A stretch of 64,000 nt of DNA from positions 7,299 to 71,298 of the forward strand of contig CAZBBB010000002.1 in NCBI GenBank assembly GCA_964490005.1, read 5' to 3'. Numbering within the stretch: the first letter of the stretch is position 1; each line of letters opens with the position of its first letter. The position numbers and the translations under genes were made by a program. Under the pieces are notes generated by a model. The model did not search any database. It had not been told where the DNA came from and saw nothing but the letters and a program-made list of their open reading frames with translations. Positions 16,607-26,811 of the stretch are shown in pieces. The stretch is from an uncultured Phycisphaerales bacterium. GTDB lineage: Bacteria; Planctomycetota; B15-G4.

Positions 16607-18650
16607 TCTCGCGCAGCAGCGGCGCGACGTCGACCGGGTCGGTGATGATGACGGCGGCCGAGCGCAGGTGCCGCTCGGCCTCGTCGAAGTCGCCGCGGTC
16701 GATGAGGATGCGGGCGAGGGCGACGCGGGCGCGGCTGGCGGTGGCCTCCTTGGCGATGGCGGCGCGCAGTTCGGTCTCGGCGGTCGTGCGGTCGCCGGCC
16801 TCGAAGGCCTGCACGCCGGCGATCAGGTGCGCGAGGCCGGTGCCGGGCAGCGCGGCGACGACGGCGGCCAGCTCGGCCTTGCCTTCGGCGCCGCGGCCCA
16901 GCTTGCGCAGCGCCAGGCCGCGCTGGTAGCGGGCCTCGTGGCAGGCGGGCGCGAGCGCGAGCACCTCGTCGACGAGGGACAGGGCGGCCGCCGCGTCGCC
17001 CGCGCGCAGCGCGAGCACGGCTTCGCTCAGGCGCCGGTCGCGGCCGGGCGGAGTGGCGCCGATGGACGCCTCGAGGACGACGAGGGCGCGCGCGATCGCG
17101 ATGCGGCGGGCGTCGGCGTCCTGCCAACCCTGCCGGCCGCCGAGCAAGGCGAGGAAGACGTCGGTCGGCGCGACGTGCCGCTCGACCTCGGCGGCGCGTG
17201 CGAGCCAGGCGGAGGCCTCCTCGGCGCGGCCCGCCTGCGCCGCCGAGCGCGCCGCCAGGCGGAAGGCGCCCTCGTGCCAGGGCGAACGCGCGCTGCCGTG
17301 CAGCGGGTCGAAGGCGCGCAGCGCGGCGGGCAGCGTCTCGTCGCCGGCCGCCAGCCGGGCGTCGATGTCGGGCAGCGCGAGCGCCGCGAGAGTCTCGGTC
17401 ACGAGCGGCGGCGCCGAGACCGCGCCCAGCGCCTGCTCGAAGCCCGCCACGCCCCGCTCGCGCGCCTGCGCCCAGGCCGCGACGAACTCGCCGCGCGTGC
17501 CGACGACGGTGCCGACGCGCAGCGCGGCCGGGTCGCGGCACAGCGCGCGCGCCACGCCCAGCGCGATGAGCTGCTGGCCGAGCGGGATGAAGTGGATCTG
17601 GTCGCTGAACAGGTCGTGCGGCGCGTAGGCGGCGAAGTCGGCGCGCACGTCGACGCCGCGCACGACGTCCTGCTGCGCGATCACGTCGAGCACGCGCTGC
17701 TCGGAGGGCTGCAGGTCGGGGACGCGCGCGGCGAGGTCCGGGTCGTGCGGCGTGACGATGTAGACGGCCGGGATGGCGGCCTGCCGCGCGAGCTGCGCGA
17801 TGGCGTGCAGGTTCTGCACGAACTCGTCGGCGGACACGCGCGGCCGCGCGTCGGGGTCGCCGGCCAGGCGGATGCCGTCGGCGCGGAAGGTCTCGTCGGT
17901 GTGCCCGAGGCCCAGCATGCGCACGACGTGCAGCTGGTCGAGGCGCGCGCGCAGCTCGGAGTTGTCGTCGAGCACGGCGCGGTCGCCGGCGCTGGCGCGC
18001 AGGCTGGCGTCGTTCTGGCCGGTGGGGCACAGCAGCAGCACGTCGGGGCGCAGCGGGAGCAGGTCGCGGCGCAGCTGGCGCAGGTTGTGCTCGGTGGAGT
18101 AGCCGGGCACGGCGCCGTTGACGACCTCGACGCGCGCGGCCCCCTCGAGCAGCCCGCCGAGGATGCGCTGCAGCTGCGCGGGCCAGGTCTCGTCGTCGTT
18201 CACGCCCAGGCCGAAGGTCGAGCTGTCGCCGGTGGCGACCAGGCGCAGCGTGCCGGGGGGCGGGGCGTCCTCCACGCTCGGGCCGCGCCGGCCCTGCCCG
18301 TTGATGTGGTAGCGGCCGAACATGACCGTGTCGGGGCGCAGCCGGTAGAAGAGCAGCTCGTCCCAGAGCGTGATGGCCGTGTCGGGCATGCGCTGGCCGG
18401 GCACGCGCAGCACGTCGGCGGGCGGGGCGCCGAGCCCGAGGGCCCGCAGCGAGAACTCCAGCGCCGCCAGCAGCAGCAGCAGCCAGGCCAGCGAGAAGAG
18501 GCTGCCGCCGAGCGGTGACAGTCTCAGGCGCTTCTCGTCGGGCGCGGACACGCTGGGCCGGCACGATAGCACGGCGCGACGATGATCGGCGGGCGCGTCG
18601 CGGCTATGCTCTGGCCGTTTCGTCGCCGGACCGCACGGCGCCCCGAGCAC
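16563..18650 (-). CDS. Membrane-anchored SGNH/GDSL hydrolase with a C-terminal TPR domain.
   Basis: N-terminal TM segment (LFSLAWLLLLLAALEFSL), GDSL block I LVATGDSSTFGLG, and a C-terminal half of TPR-like helices. The true start is probably internal (e.g. GTG near 18551), because the track start lies 10 bp from the wzm start. Confidence 0.75.
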   Translation of the reverse strand: MLGAPCGPATKRPEHSRDAPADHRRAVLSCRPSVSAPDEKRLRLSPLGGSLFSLAWLLLLLAALEFSLRALGLGAPPADVLRVPGQRMPDTAITLWDELLFYRLRPDTVMFGRYHINGQGRRGPSVEDAPPPGTLRLVATGDSSTFGLGVNDDETWPAQLQRILGGLLEGAARVEVVNGAVPGYSTEHNLRQLRRDLLPLRPDVLLLCPTGQNDASLRASAGDRAVLDDNSELRARLDQLHVVRMLGLGHTDETFRADGIRLAGDPDARPRVSADEFVQNLHAIAQLARQAAIPAVYIVTPHDPDLAARVPDLQPSEQRVLDVIAQQDVVRGVDVRADFAAYAPHDLFSDQIHFIPLGQQLIALGVARALCRDPAALRVGTVVGTRGEFVAAWAQARERGVAGFEQALGAVSAPPLVTETLAALALPDIDARLAAGDETLPAALRAFDPLHGSARSPWHEGAFRLAARSAAQAGRAEEASAWLARAAEVERHVAPTDVFLALLGGRQGWQDADARRIAIARALVVLEASIGATPPGRDRRLSEAVLALRAGDAAAALSLVDEVLALAPACHEARYQRGLALRKLGRGAEGKAELAAVVAALPGTGLAHLIAGVQAFEAGDRTTAETELRAAIAKEATASRARVALARILIDRGDFDEAERHLRSAAVIITDPVDVAPLLREIAARRAADGEGQQP

Positions 18651-18660
18651 GCCCCGCCGA

Positions 18661-19557
18661 ATGAACCCGCTGATCGCCGCCTTCCGCCTGCCGGCCGTGC
18701 TCGTGCGCTACCGCGAGCTGCTCGGCGCCTTCGTGCGCCGCGAGCTGAAGGCCCGCATCGAGGGCAGCATCCTGGGGCGCGTCTGGCCCATCGCCCAGCC
18801 GGCGCTGCTCTTCGGCATCTACTACTTCATCTTCGTCAAGCTGCTGCGCATCCCCTTCACCGACACGCTGGCGCCGCACGGGCAGGGCGTGGCGGAGGTC
18901 GGCTGGCGCTCGACCTTCTACCTGGTCACCGGCATCCTGCCCTGGACGGCGCTGGCCGAGAGCCTCTCGCGCGGCACGAACGTGGTGCTCGAGCACGCCA
19001 ACCTGATCAAGAAGATCGCCTTCCCGTCGGAGCTGCTGCCCGTCTACCAGGTGCTCGTCTACCACGTGTACTTCCTGGTGGGTTTCGCGGTGCTGCTGGC
19101 GATGCAGCTCGCCGTCAACGGCGCGCTGCCGCTCGACCTGCTGTGGTTCCCGGTGATCCTGCTGGTGCAGGTGGCCTTCATCTCGGGCCTCACGATGGTG
19201 CTCTCGGCCGCCAACGTGTTCGTGCGCGACGTCGCCCAGGCCGTGCCCGTGCTGCTCACCTTCTGGATGTTCACCACGCCGGTCTTCTACGACCCGGTCG
19301 CGATCACCGGCGACGCCAGCCCCGAGGGCATCTTCCTGCCGAGCGGCGAGATCGACTGGGCCAACCTGGCCTTCACCGGCATGGCCTACAACCCGATGGC
19401 GATCCTGCTCGGGCTGTACCGGGCGATCTTCAGCTACGGGCTGGTGCCCTTCCCGCTCGCGGGCCTCGGGAAGCTGGCGCTCATCTCGGCCGGCACGCTG
19501 CTGCTGGGTTACGCCTGGTTCCTGCGCTGCAAGGGCCGCTTCGCGGACGAGGTCTGA
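18661..19557 (+). CDS. wzm: ABC-2 type polysaccharide/O-antigen exporter permease.
   Basis: 298 aa, about six predicted TM helices, N-terminal YRELLGAFVRRELKARIEGSILGRVWPIAQP typical of Wzm/TagG/KpsM. Its stop overlaps the start of the ATPase gene. Confidence 0.8.
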   Translation: MNPLIAAFRLPAVLVRYRELLGAFVRRELKARIEGSILGRVWPIAQPALLFGIYYFIFVKLLRIPFTDTLAPHGQGVAEVGWRSTFYLVTGILPWTALAESLSRGTNVVLEHANLIKKIAFPSELLPVYQVLVYHVYFLVGFAVLLAMQLAVNGALPLDLLWFPVILLVQVAFISGLTMVLSAANVFVRDVAQAVPVLLTFWMFTTPVFYDPVAITGDASPEGIFLPSGEIDWANLAFTGMAYNPMAILLGLYRAIFSYGLVPFPLAGLGKLALISAGTLLLGYAWFLRCKGRFADEV

Positions 19558-20825
19558 TGGACGCCGTCGTCGTCGACAAGCTCAGCAAGGACTACCGCAT
19601 CTACCCGGGCTCCTTCGCGCGGCTCAAGGAGGCGCTGACCTTCGGGCGCCGGAGCTACCACAAGCGCTACCGCGCGCTCGACGAGGTCTCGTTCAACGTG
19701 CCGCGCGGCAAGGCGCTGGGCATCATCGGCGAGAACGGCGCGGGCAAGTCGACCCTGCTCAAGATGCTCGCCGGCACCTCGCTGCCGACCTCGGGGAGCT
19801 TCGCCATCCACGGCAGCGTGAGCAGCCTGCTCGAGCTGGGGACGGGCTTCCACGCCGAGTTCACCGGACGCGCCAACATCTGGCTGGCGGCGCAGGTGCA
19901 GGGCTACCTCAAGCGCGACATCGAGAAGAAGCTGCCCGGCATCATCGAGTTCGCCGAGCTGGGCGAGTACATCGACCGGCCGGTGCGCACCTACAGCTCG
20001 GGCATGGTCATGCGCCTGGGGTTCTCGGTGGCGACCGCCATCGACCCCGAAGTGCTGATCATCGACGAGATCCTGGCGGTGGGCGACCTGTACTTCCAGA
20101 AGAAGTGCATCGACCGCATCTTCGACTTCCGCAAGCGCGGCAAGTCGATCCTGTTCTGCAGCCATTCGCTGTACGACGTGCGGCAGGTCTGCGACGAGGT
20201 CATCTGGATCAAGGACGGCCGGATCGAGATGCGCGGCCTGCCGCAGGACGTCACGCTGGCCTACGCCAACTACGAGCGCTCGCTCGAGAGCAAGAAGGAC
20301 ATCCTCACGGCCGGGCACAAGCAGGCCCTCGGCGAGCGGCTGCCGGTCATCGAGGCCGTCGCGCTGCGCCACGCCGACGGGCGGCCGCTGGGCGACACGG
20401 TGCCCACCGGCGCCGACCTGGCCTTCGAGATCGACTACCGCGTGCGGGCCGCCGGGCAGGGCGTGAACACCGGCGTGGCCGTCTTCCGCACCGACAACGT
20501 GCTGGCCGCGACCTTCAACTCGCTGCTCGACGGCCTGCCGGCGGTGCGCGAGCCGGGCCGGCACCGCGCGCGCCTGGACCTGCCCGACCTGCGCCTCTCG
20601 GAAGGCGAGTACAGCGTCGTCGGCTACCTGTTCGACGAGAACGGCGTGCACATGTACGACCACCGGCAGCTCGACAAGAACCTGCTCGTGAGCCAGGAGC
20701 AGAACCACCCGGGCCTCGTGCGACTGCATCACGCCTTTTCCCGCGAGCGGCTGCCCGACGCGCCGGGCGGCGGCGACGACGCCGCGCGGCAGCCCGACGC
20801 CACGCCGGCCCCCGGCAGGACCTGA
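19557..20825 (+). CDS. wzt: ABC exporter ATPase (Wzt/TagH type) with a roughly 170-aa C-terminal extension.
   Basis: Walker A GENGAGKST, signature YSSGMVMRLGFS, Walker B LIIDEILAVGD. The start ATG at 19557 overlaps the wzm TGA. This protein is the 3' part of track ORF 18582..20825. Confidence 0.85.
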   Translation: MDAVVVDKLSKDYRIYPGSFARLKEALTFGRRSYHKRYRALDEVSFNVPRGKALGIIGENGAGKSTLLKMLAGTSLPTSGSFAIHGSVSSLLELGTGFHAEFTGRANIWLAAQVQGYLKRDIEKKLPGIIEFAELGEYIDRPVRTYSSGMVMRLGFSVATAIDPEVLIIDEILAVGDLYFQKKCIDRIFDFRKRGKSILFCSHSLYDVRQVCDEVIWIKDGRIEMRGLPQDVTLAYANYERSLESKKDILTAGHKQALGERLPVIEAVALRHADGRPLGDTVPTGADLAFEIDYRVRAAGQGVNTGVAVFRTDNVLAATFNSLLDGLPAVREPGRHRARLDLPDLRLSEGEYSVVGYLFDENGVHMYDHRQLDKNLLVSQEQNHPGLVRLHHAFSRERLPDAPGGGDDAARQPDATPAPGRT

Positions 20826-20892
20826 AAGGGCCGCCCCGGCTTCGTTATCCTGCGCGCCGGATCCACGACCCGCGGCGGCAGACGAGAGCTCG

Positions 20893-22080
20893 ATGACCCC
20901 GAAGCCCGACATCAGCGTCCTGATCGTGAACTGGCGCAGCGGCGCGATGGCGCGCGCGCTGCTCGCCAACCTGCGCCGACAGCGCTTCGTCGGGCGCGAC
21001 GGTGCGCCCGGCACGCTGCAGTTCGTCGTCGTCGACAACGCCAGCGGGCCGGCCGAGGAGCCGCACCTGCGGGCGCTGGCCGCCGAGCCCGACGTGACGC
21101 TGCTGCGCTCGGGCCAGAACGGCGGCTACGCCGTCGGCATGAACCTCGCCATGGCCCGGGCGACGGGCGACTTCGTGCTCGTGAGCAATCCCGACGTGAT
21201 GGCCTTCCGCGGGGCGCTCGCGGCGCTGCTCGAGCACCTGCGCGCCACGCCGCGCTGCGGCCTGGCCGGTCCGCGCGGCTTCCTCGACGCGCAGCGCTTC
21301 TTCCAGTTGCCGCCCGTCGAGCTGCCCTCGCTCGGGGGCCTGCTGCGCGAGACGCTCGCGCGCCGGGTGCGCGCCGCCGGCCGCTGCCACGCGCAGGCCC
21401 GCAGCCGGGCCGCGCTCGAGGCCTGGACGGCGATCGAGCCCGTGTCGCTCAGCCAGGTGAGCGGCTTCTGCTTCCTCATGCCGGCCGAGCTGGCGCGGAC
21501 GCTGGGGCCCTTCGATCCGGGCTACCCCTTCTACTACGAGGACAGCGACCTCTGCCTGCGGCTGCACCGCAAGGGCTTCACGACCGACTTCGTGCCGCGC
21601 GCGCAGATGGTGCACTTCTTCAACCGCAGCGCCGGGCAGGCGCAGTCGGCGGCGCTCGCGCGCTACGCCGTCTCGCGCCGGCGCTTCCACGCGCGGCGCT
21701 ACGGCCCGCTCGGCGCGCTGCTCTACGACGGGCTGATCGCGCTCTCGGGGCACAGCGGCCAGGGCCACGACTTCACCGCGATCGACGACCTCGGGACGCA
21801 CGAGGAGCGCGTGCCCGAGATCAAGGTGCCGGGCAGCGGCGCCTACCTGGCCGAGATCTCGGCCGACCCGGGCTTCCTGTTCGCGGCCGGGCGGCTCGAC
21901 GTCGTGCGCCGCTTCCAGGTGCCCGACGCGGTCTGGCAGGGCCTCGTGCCGACGACCTACTACGTGCGCTTCCTCGAGCGGCGGAGCTGGGAGATCCTGC
22001 GCACGGTCTCGATCACCAAGACCGGCGCGAGCGTGCCGATCACGGCCGAGGACGCCGGGCGGGGCCTCGTCCACGCATGA
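20893..22080 (+). CDS. Glycosyltransferase family 2.
   Basis: ISVLIVNWRS ... VVVDNASG ... GGYAVGMN motifs (GT-A, DxD-type). Confidence 0.8.
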   Translation: MTPKPDISVLIVNWRSGAMARALLANLRRQRFVGRDGAPGTLQFVVVDNASGPAEEPHLRALAAEPDVTLLRSGQNGGYAVGMNLAMARATGDFVLVSNPDVMAFRGALAALLEHLRATPRCGLAGPRGFLDAQRFFQLPPVELPSLGGLLRETLARRVRAAGRCHAQARSRAALEAWTAIEPVSLSQVSGFCFLMPAELARTLGPFDPGYPFYYEDSDLCLRLHRKGFTTDFVPRAQMVHFFNRSAGQAQSAALARYAVSRRRFHARRYGPLGALLYDGLIALSGHSGQGHDFTAIDDLGTHEERVPEIKVPGSGAYLAEISADPGFLFAAGRLDVVRRFQVPDAVWQGLVPTTYYVRFLERRSWEILRTVSITKTGASVPITAEDAGRGLVHA

Positions 22081-23003
22081 GCGAGGGCGGCCGCCCTGCC
22101 GCGCCGAAGGTCTCGGTCGTCGTCCTGAGCTGGAACACGCGCGAGCTGCTGGCCGCCTGCCTGGAGACGGTGCGGGCGACGGCGCGCGAGGTCGCGCTGG
22201 AGTGCATCGTCGTCGACAACGCCAGCGCCGACGGCAGCGCCGAGCTGGTCGCGCAGCGCTTTCCCGAGATGACGCTGCTGCGCAACGCGCGCAACGAGGG
22301 CTACGCGATCGGCAACAACCTCGGCGCGGCGCGCGCGCGTGGCGAGCACCTGTTCCTGCTCAACTCCGACACCGAGCTGCGGCCGGGCGCGCTGGCCGCG
22401 CTGGTCGCCTTCCTCGACGCCCACCCGGGCCACGGCGCCTGCGCGCCGCGCCTCGAACGGCCCGACGGCAGCCCGCAGCCCTCGTGCAAGGCCTTTCCGC
22501 GCCTCGCGACGGCGGTCTTCTTCGACACGGTCTTCGAGCGCTGGTTCCCCGGCAACCGCGAGATCCCGCGCTACTTCATGAAGGACTTCGACCACGCGCA
22601 CACGCGCGACGTCGACCAGCCGCCGGGCGCGGCGCTGCTCGTGCGGCGCGCGCTGTGGGAGGAGTTGGGCGGCTTCGACCCCGAGCTGTGGCTGTTCTTC
22701 AACGACGTCGACCTGTGCCGGCGCATCGCGCAGCGCGGCCTTCTCCGCGCCTACGTGGCCGAGGCGCGCGTGCTGCACCACGAGGGCAGGAGCACCGCGC
22801 AGTTCCCGCGCTTCGGCGCGATCTGGCATCGCAACCGCCTGGCCTACTACCGCAAGACCTGGGGCTGGCGCGGTACCCTGCTCGCGCGCCTGATGACCTG
22901 GGTGCGCGGCCGCGAAGAGCTGGCCCGGCTGCGGCGGGCCGGCGCCCCGGCCTCGGCGCTCGACGACATCCGGCAGGCGGTGGCCGAGGTCTGGAGAGCA
23001 TGA
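22077..23003 (+). CDS. Glycosyltransferase family 2.
   Basis: VSVVVLSWNTRELL ... IVVDNASADGS ... NEGYAIGNN. The start overlaps the previous stop. Confidence 0.8.
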   Translation: MSEGGRPAAPKVSVVVLSWNTRELLAACLETVRATAREVALECIVVDNASADGSAELVAQRFPEMTLLRNARNEGYAIGNNLGAARARGEHLFLLNSDTELRPGALAALVAFLDAHPGHGACAPRLERPDGSPQPSCKAFPRLATAVFFDTVFERWFPGNREIPRYFMKDFDHAHTRDVDQPPGAALLVRRALWEELGGFDPELWLFFNDVDLCRRIAQRGLLRAYVAEARVLHHEGRSTAQFPRFGAIWHRNRLAYYRKTWGWRGTLLARLMTWVRGREELARLRRAGAPASALDDIRQAVAEVWRA

Positions 23004-24037
23004 GCAGCTTCACGGTGCGTCCCTACGAGCGCGGCGACGAGGTCGAGATCGTCGACCTCTTCAACCGCGTGTTCTCCGAGGAGAACCCGAGCTTCGAGCC
23101 GCGCACGGTCGAGGACTGGCAGGGGATCTACCTGCACAACCCGGCCGGCATCCAGACCTTCGTGGCCGAGGACCGCCAGCGCCGCATCATCGCCAACTAC
23201 GGCGCGCTGCCCGCGCCGGCCGTCGTGCGCGGGAACCGCGCGCTGTGCAGCCAGCCCGTGGACACCTGCGTCGACCGCGCCTTCCGCGGCTCGCTGCGCA
23301 AGTCGAGCGTGTTCGTCACGATCGCGCGCGCCTTCATCGAGGAGTACTGCCGCGAGGGCGACACGCACGACGAATACATGTTCGGGCTGCCCAACGACAA
23401 GGCCTACCCGATCGGCACGCGCATCGTCGGCTATCAGCCGGTGCACGTGCCGATGCCCGGCCTGGTGCTCGAGTTCGACGCGGGCACCGACGCCTGGCTC
23501 GCGCGCCTCGACGCGTTGTCGGACGGCCTCGTCGTGAGCGACCACGCCGCGCCGGCGCTCGGGTCCGCGCGGGGCGAGATCGCCGCGCTGTTCGCGCGCT
23601 GCCTCGACGAGGTGCCGCTGGGCATCTGGCGCGACGAGGGCTACCTGCGCTGGCGCTACCGCGACACGAGCAAGGTGCAGTACCGCGCGCTGCTGGCGCG
23701 CCGGGACGGCGCGCTCGTCGGCGCGGCCTACTACCGGCTGGGTTGGTGGGGCCATCCGGTGCTGCCGCTCGTCGACTGGGTGGGGCCCGGCGCCGACCGC
23801 GCGGCGCTGGCGGCGCTGCTGGCGGCCGCCGCGCGCATCGCGCGCCCGCTGGGCGGGCGGCGACTCGAGACCTGGGTCACGCCCAACATGCCGCAGCACG
23901 CCACGCTCGCGGGCTTCGGCTTCGCGAGCCGGCCGAGCACCTTCAACCTGTGCATCATGACCTTCAGCTCGCGCTTCGATCTGGAGTGGGCGAAGGCGAA
24001 CTGGTTCTTTACGATGGGCGATTCGGACATCTACTGA
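23000..24037 (+). CDS. GNAT-like N-acetyltransferase (two-domain, 345 aa).
   Basis: The N-terminus MSSFTVRPYERGDEVEIVDLFNRVF is typical of GNAT proteins. Its ATG overlaps the upstream TGA. The function is a weak call. Confidence 0.5.
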   Translation: MSSFTVRPYERGDEVEIVDLFNRVFSEENPSFEPRTVEDWQGIYLHNPAGIQTFVAEDRQRRIIANYGALPAPAVVRGNRALCSQPVDTCVDRAFRGSLRKSSVFVTIARAFIEEYCREGDTHDEYMFGLPNDKAYPIGTRIVGYQPVHVPMPGLVLEFDAGTDAWLARLDALSDGLVVSDHAAPALGSARGEIAALFARCLDEVPLGIWRDEGYLRWRYRDTSKVQYRALLARRDGALVGAAYYRLGWWGHPVLPLVDWVGPGADRAALAALLAAAARIARPLGGRRLETWVTPNMPQHATLAGFGFASRPSTFNLCIMTFSSRFDLEWAKANWFFTMGDSDIY

Positions 24038-24072
24038 AACCACCGCAACCCGACAGGCGGCGCGCTGCTCCC

Positions 24073-25248
24073 ATGTCCCACGGCACTCCCGGCTGGTCCT
24101 CGCGCATCCGCGCGCTCTCGCTGCCGCTGATCGTCGGCGTCTTCGCGGGCCTCGCCACGGCCAACATCGACAGCCACGGCTACCACGCGCTGGTCGACTT
24201 CGACCTCGGCTTCGGCATCCTCGGCCACGGGGTCACGCCGCACTTCCTGATCAACGACATCTTCATGGTGTTCTTCTTCGGCGTGGCGGCCAAGGAGATC
24301 ATGGACGCGGTGCGGCCCGGCGGCGCGCTCAACCCGCCCAGCCGCGCGATCAACCCGCTGCTGGGCACGATCGGCGGCGTGGTGGGGCCGGCGCTGACCT
24401 TTCTCGCGCTCACGCACCTGTACTTCGACGGCACGCCCGCCGAGCCGGTCGTGGCCAACGGCTGGGGCATCCCGACCGCGACCGACATCGCGCTGGCCTG
24501 GCTGTGCGCGCGCATCGTGTTCGGCGCGCGCCACCCGGCGGTCAACTTCCTGCTGCTGCTCGCGGTGGCCGACGACGCCATCGGCCTGGTGATCATCGCG
24601 ATCTTCTACCCCGACCCGGTGCATCCGGCGAACCCGGTCATGCTCGGCTGGACGGTCGCCGGCATGGCCGCGGCGATCGCGCTGGCGAAGCTGAAGGTGC
24701 AGTCCTGGGCTCCCTACATCCTGATCGCGGGCGGGTTGGCCTGGGTCGGGCTGCTCTCGGCGAGCCTGCACCCGGCGCTGGCGCTGGTCTTCATCGTGCC
24801 CTTCCTGCCGGCCGCGCGCGAAGGCCGCTCGACGCTGCAGGACTTCGAGCACGCGGTGAAGCCCAGCGTCGACTGGGGCCTGTTCTTCTTCGCCTTCGCG
24901 AACGCCGGCGTGGAGTTCGCCAACATCGGCCCGGTGACCTGGATCGTGCTGGGCTCGCTGGTCATCGGCAAGGTCCTCGGCATCACGCTGCTCTCGTGGC
25001 TCGGCACCAAGGTCGGCTTCCCGCTGCCCGTCGGCATGGACGTGCGCTCGCTGGCCACGGCCGCGCTCGTGGCGGGCCTCGGCCTGACGGTCGCGCTGTT
25101 CGTCGCCGGCCAGGCCTACACCGACGAGGTCCTCAAGGCCGAGGCCAAGATGGGCGCGCTGTTCTCGGGCGCCGTGTTCCTGCTCGCGATCCTGCTCGGC
25201 CGCGCGCTGCGCATCCGCAAGTGGGGCGAGGACGGCCCGCCGGCGTGA
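24073..25248 (+). CDS. nhaA: Na+/H+ antiporter NhaA.
   Basis: 391 aa polytopic protein with the GWGIPTATDIALAWL motif (NhaA ATDIAF box) and FANAGVEF. Confidence 0.85.
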   Translation: MSHGTPGWSSRIRALSLPLIVGVFAGLATANIDSHGYHALVDFDLGFGILGHGVTPHFLINDIFMVFFFGVAAKEIMDAVRPGGALNPPSRAINPLLGTIGGVVGPALTFLALTHLYFDGTPAEPVVANGWGIPTATDIALAWLCARIVFGARHPAVNFLLLLAVADDAIGLVIIAIFYPDPVHPANPVMLGWTVAGMAAAIALAKLKVQSWAPYILIAGGLAWVGLLSASLHPALALVFIVPFLPAAREGRSTLQDFEHAVKPSVDWGLFFFAFANAGVEFANIGPVTWIVLGSLVIGKVLGITLLSWLGTKVGFPLPVGMDVRSLATAALVAGLGLTVALFVAGQAYTDEVLKAEAKMGALFSGAVFLLAILLGRALRIRKWGEDGPPA

Positions 25249-25252
25249 GCGC

Positions 25253-26761
25253 ATGACGCCCGTGTTCCGCGGCGCCGCCGCGGCCTGCATCGCGCTGGGT
25301 CTGGCCGGTTGCGCGTCGGTCGCCGAGCGCGCGGCGGGACGGCTGCCGCTCGAAGTCGGCCGGCCGGCGGGGCTCTCCGAAGACGTGCTCGTCGGGCGGC
25401 TGGACGTCCCCGAGGATCCGACGCGGCCCGGCGCGCGGAGGCTCCCGCTCAACGTCGTCGTCGTGCCTGCGCGGACCGCCGAACCGGCGGCGCCTCCGCT
25501 GTTCTGGATCGTGGGCGGGCCCGGCGGAGCGGCGACGCACGAGGCCGGGCTGTTCCTCGGCGAGTATGCGCGGCTGCGCGAGGAGCGCGACATCGTGCTC
25601 GTCGACGTGCGCGGCACCGGCGGTTCGGGCGCGCTGCACTTCGGGCCGCGCGGACCGGGCGCCGTCCCGGAACTGCTCGGCGAGCCCTATCCGACGGCGT
25701 GGGTCGTCGAGAACCGCGCGGCGCTGGGGCAGCAGGCCGACCTCGCGCAGTACACGACCGCGCGCATCGCCGACGACCTCGACGCGGTGCGCGGCTGGCT
25801 GGGCGCGCCCGTCGTCGACGTGTACGGCCTGTCGTACGGCACGCGCGTCGCGCTCGAGTGGCTGCGCCGGCACCCCGACCGCGTGCGTTGCGCGGTGCTG
25901 CAGGGCCCGGCACCCGCGGCGCTCACGATGCCTTCGCAGCACGCGCCTGCGGCGCAGGCGGCGCTCGACCTCCTCCTGGCCGAAGCCGCCGCCGATCCCG
26001 CCTGCCGCGCGGCCCTCGGGGACGCGCGGTCCAAGCTGCAGCGCGTGCTCGCGCGGCTCGAACGCGCGCCGCTCGATCTGCCCTCACCCGGAGCGGACGG
26101 CGCGACGGCCAGCAGGCCGCTGTCGCGCGGCGCCTTCGCCGAGATCCTGCGACGCCTGCTCTACGAGCGCGGGACGGCGCAGGCCGTCCCGCTGGTCATC
26201 GACCGCGCCGAGGCCGAAGACGTGGAGTGGTTGGCGCGCCTGGTGGCCTTCATGTCGGGGCCCGAGGATGCGCCGCCTCGATTCGCCGAGGGCCTGTACC
26301 TGTGCGTGGCCTGCGCGGAGGACGCGCCCTTCCTCGACCTCGGGCTGGCCGAGCGTCTCGCCGACGGCACGTTGTTCGGCCCCGAGCGGGTGCGACGACA
26401 GTTGGCCGCTTGCGCGATCTGGTCCGTGCCGCCCGCGACGCGCGCGTGGCGCGAGCCGGTCAGCTCCGCCGTACCGACCCTCGTGATCACGGGCGGCCTC
26501 GATCCCGTGACCCGTCCCGAGTGGGGCGACGACGTCGTGGCCCGGCTGCCGCGCGGGAGGCACGTGAACGTGTCCGCCATGGCGCACCTCGAAACGGGGC
26601 TGGTTCTCGACGGCGTGCCGGGGACGGGGTGGTTCGAACGGCTGCTGCTCGATTTCCTGTCGACCGGCTCGGCCGAGGGACTCGATCTCTCGGCGCTCGA
26701 CCGACTGCATCCGGTGCCCTTCGTGCTCGATGCCGACGCGTTCCCCCCGGTCGACGCCTGA
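25253..26761 (+). CDS. Alpha/beta hydrolase lipoprotein (tripeptidyl-aminopeptidase/S33-like).
   Basis: Lipobox LGLAGC and a nucleophile elbow YGLSYGT. Overall layout resembles TAP-like hydrolases. Confidence 0.7.
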   Translation: MTPVFRGAAAACIALGLAGCASVAERAAGRLPLEVGRPAGLSEDVLVGRLDVPEDPTRPGARRLPLNVVVVPARTAEPAAPPLFWIVGGPGGAATHEAGLFLGEYARLREERDIVLVDVRGTGGSGALHFGPRGPGAVPELLGEPYPTAWVVENRAALGQQADLAQYTTARIADDLDAVRGWLGAPVVDVYGLSYGTRVALEWLRRHPDRVRCAVLQGPAPAALTMPSQHAPAAQAALDLLLAEAAADPACRAALGDARSKLQRVLARLERAPLDLPSPGADGATASRPLSRGAFAEILRRLLYERGTAQAVPLVIDRAEAEDVEWLARLVAFMSGPEDAPPRFAEGLYLCVACAEDAPFLDLGLAERLADGTLFGPERVRRQLAACAIWSVPPATRAWREPVSSAVPTLVITGGLDPVTRPEWGDDVVARLPRGRHVNVSAMAHLETGLVLDGVPGTGWFERLLLDFLSTGSAEGLDLSALDRLHPVPFVLDADAFPPVDA

Positions 26762-26811
26762 GCGCGGCCCGGCGCTCGACGGGTCATTGATCGGGCGGCG
26801 CCCGTCGGCAC

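Noticed and set aside
16288-18564. 758-aa minus-strand ORF and 696-aa plus-strand ORF (16428..18518) overlapping the SGNH/TPR gene.
   Set aside because: Extremely Arg/Ala-rich shadow frames. The 16563..18650 frame has the GDSL block, a TM helix and TPR helices.
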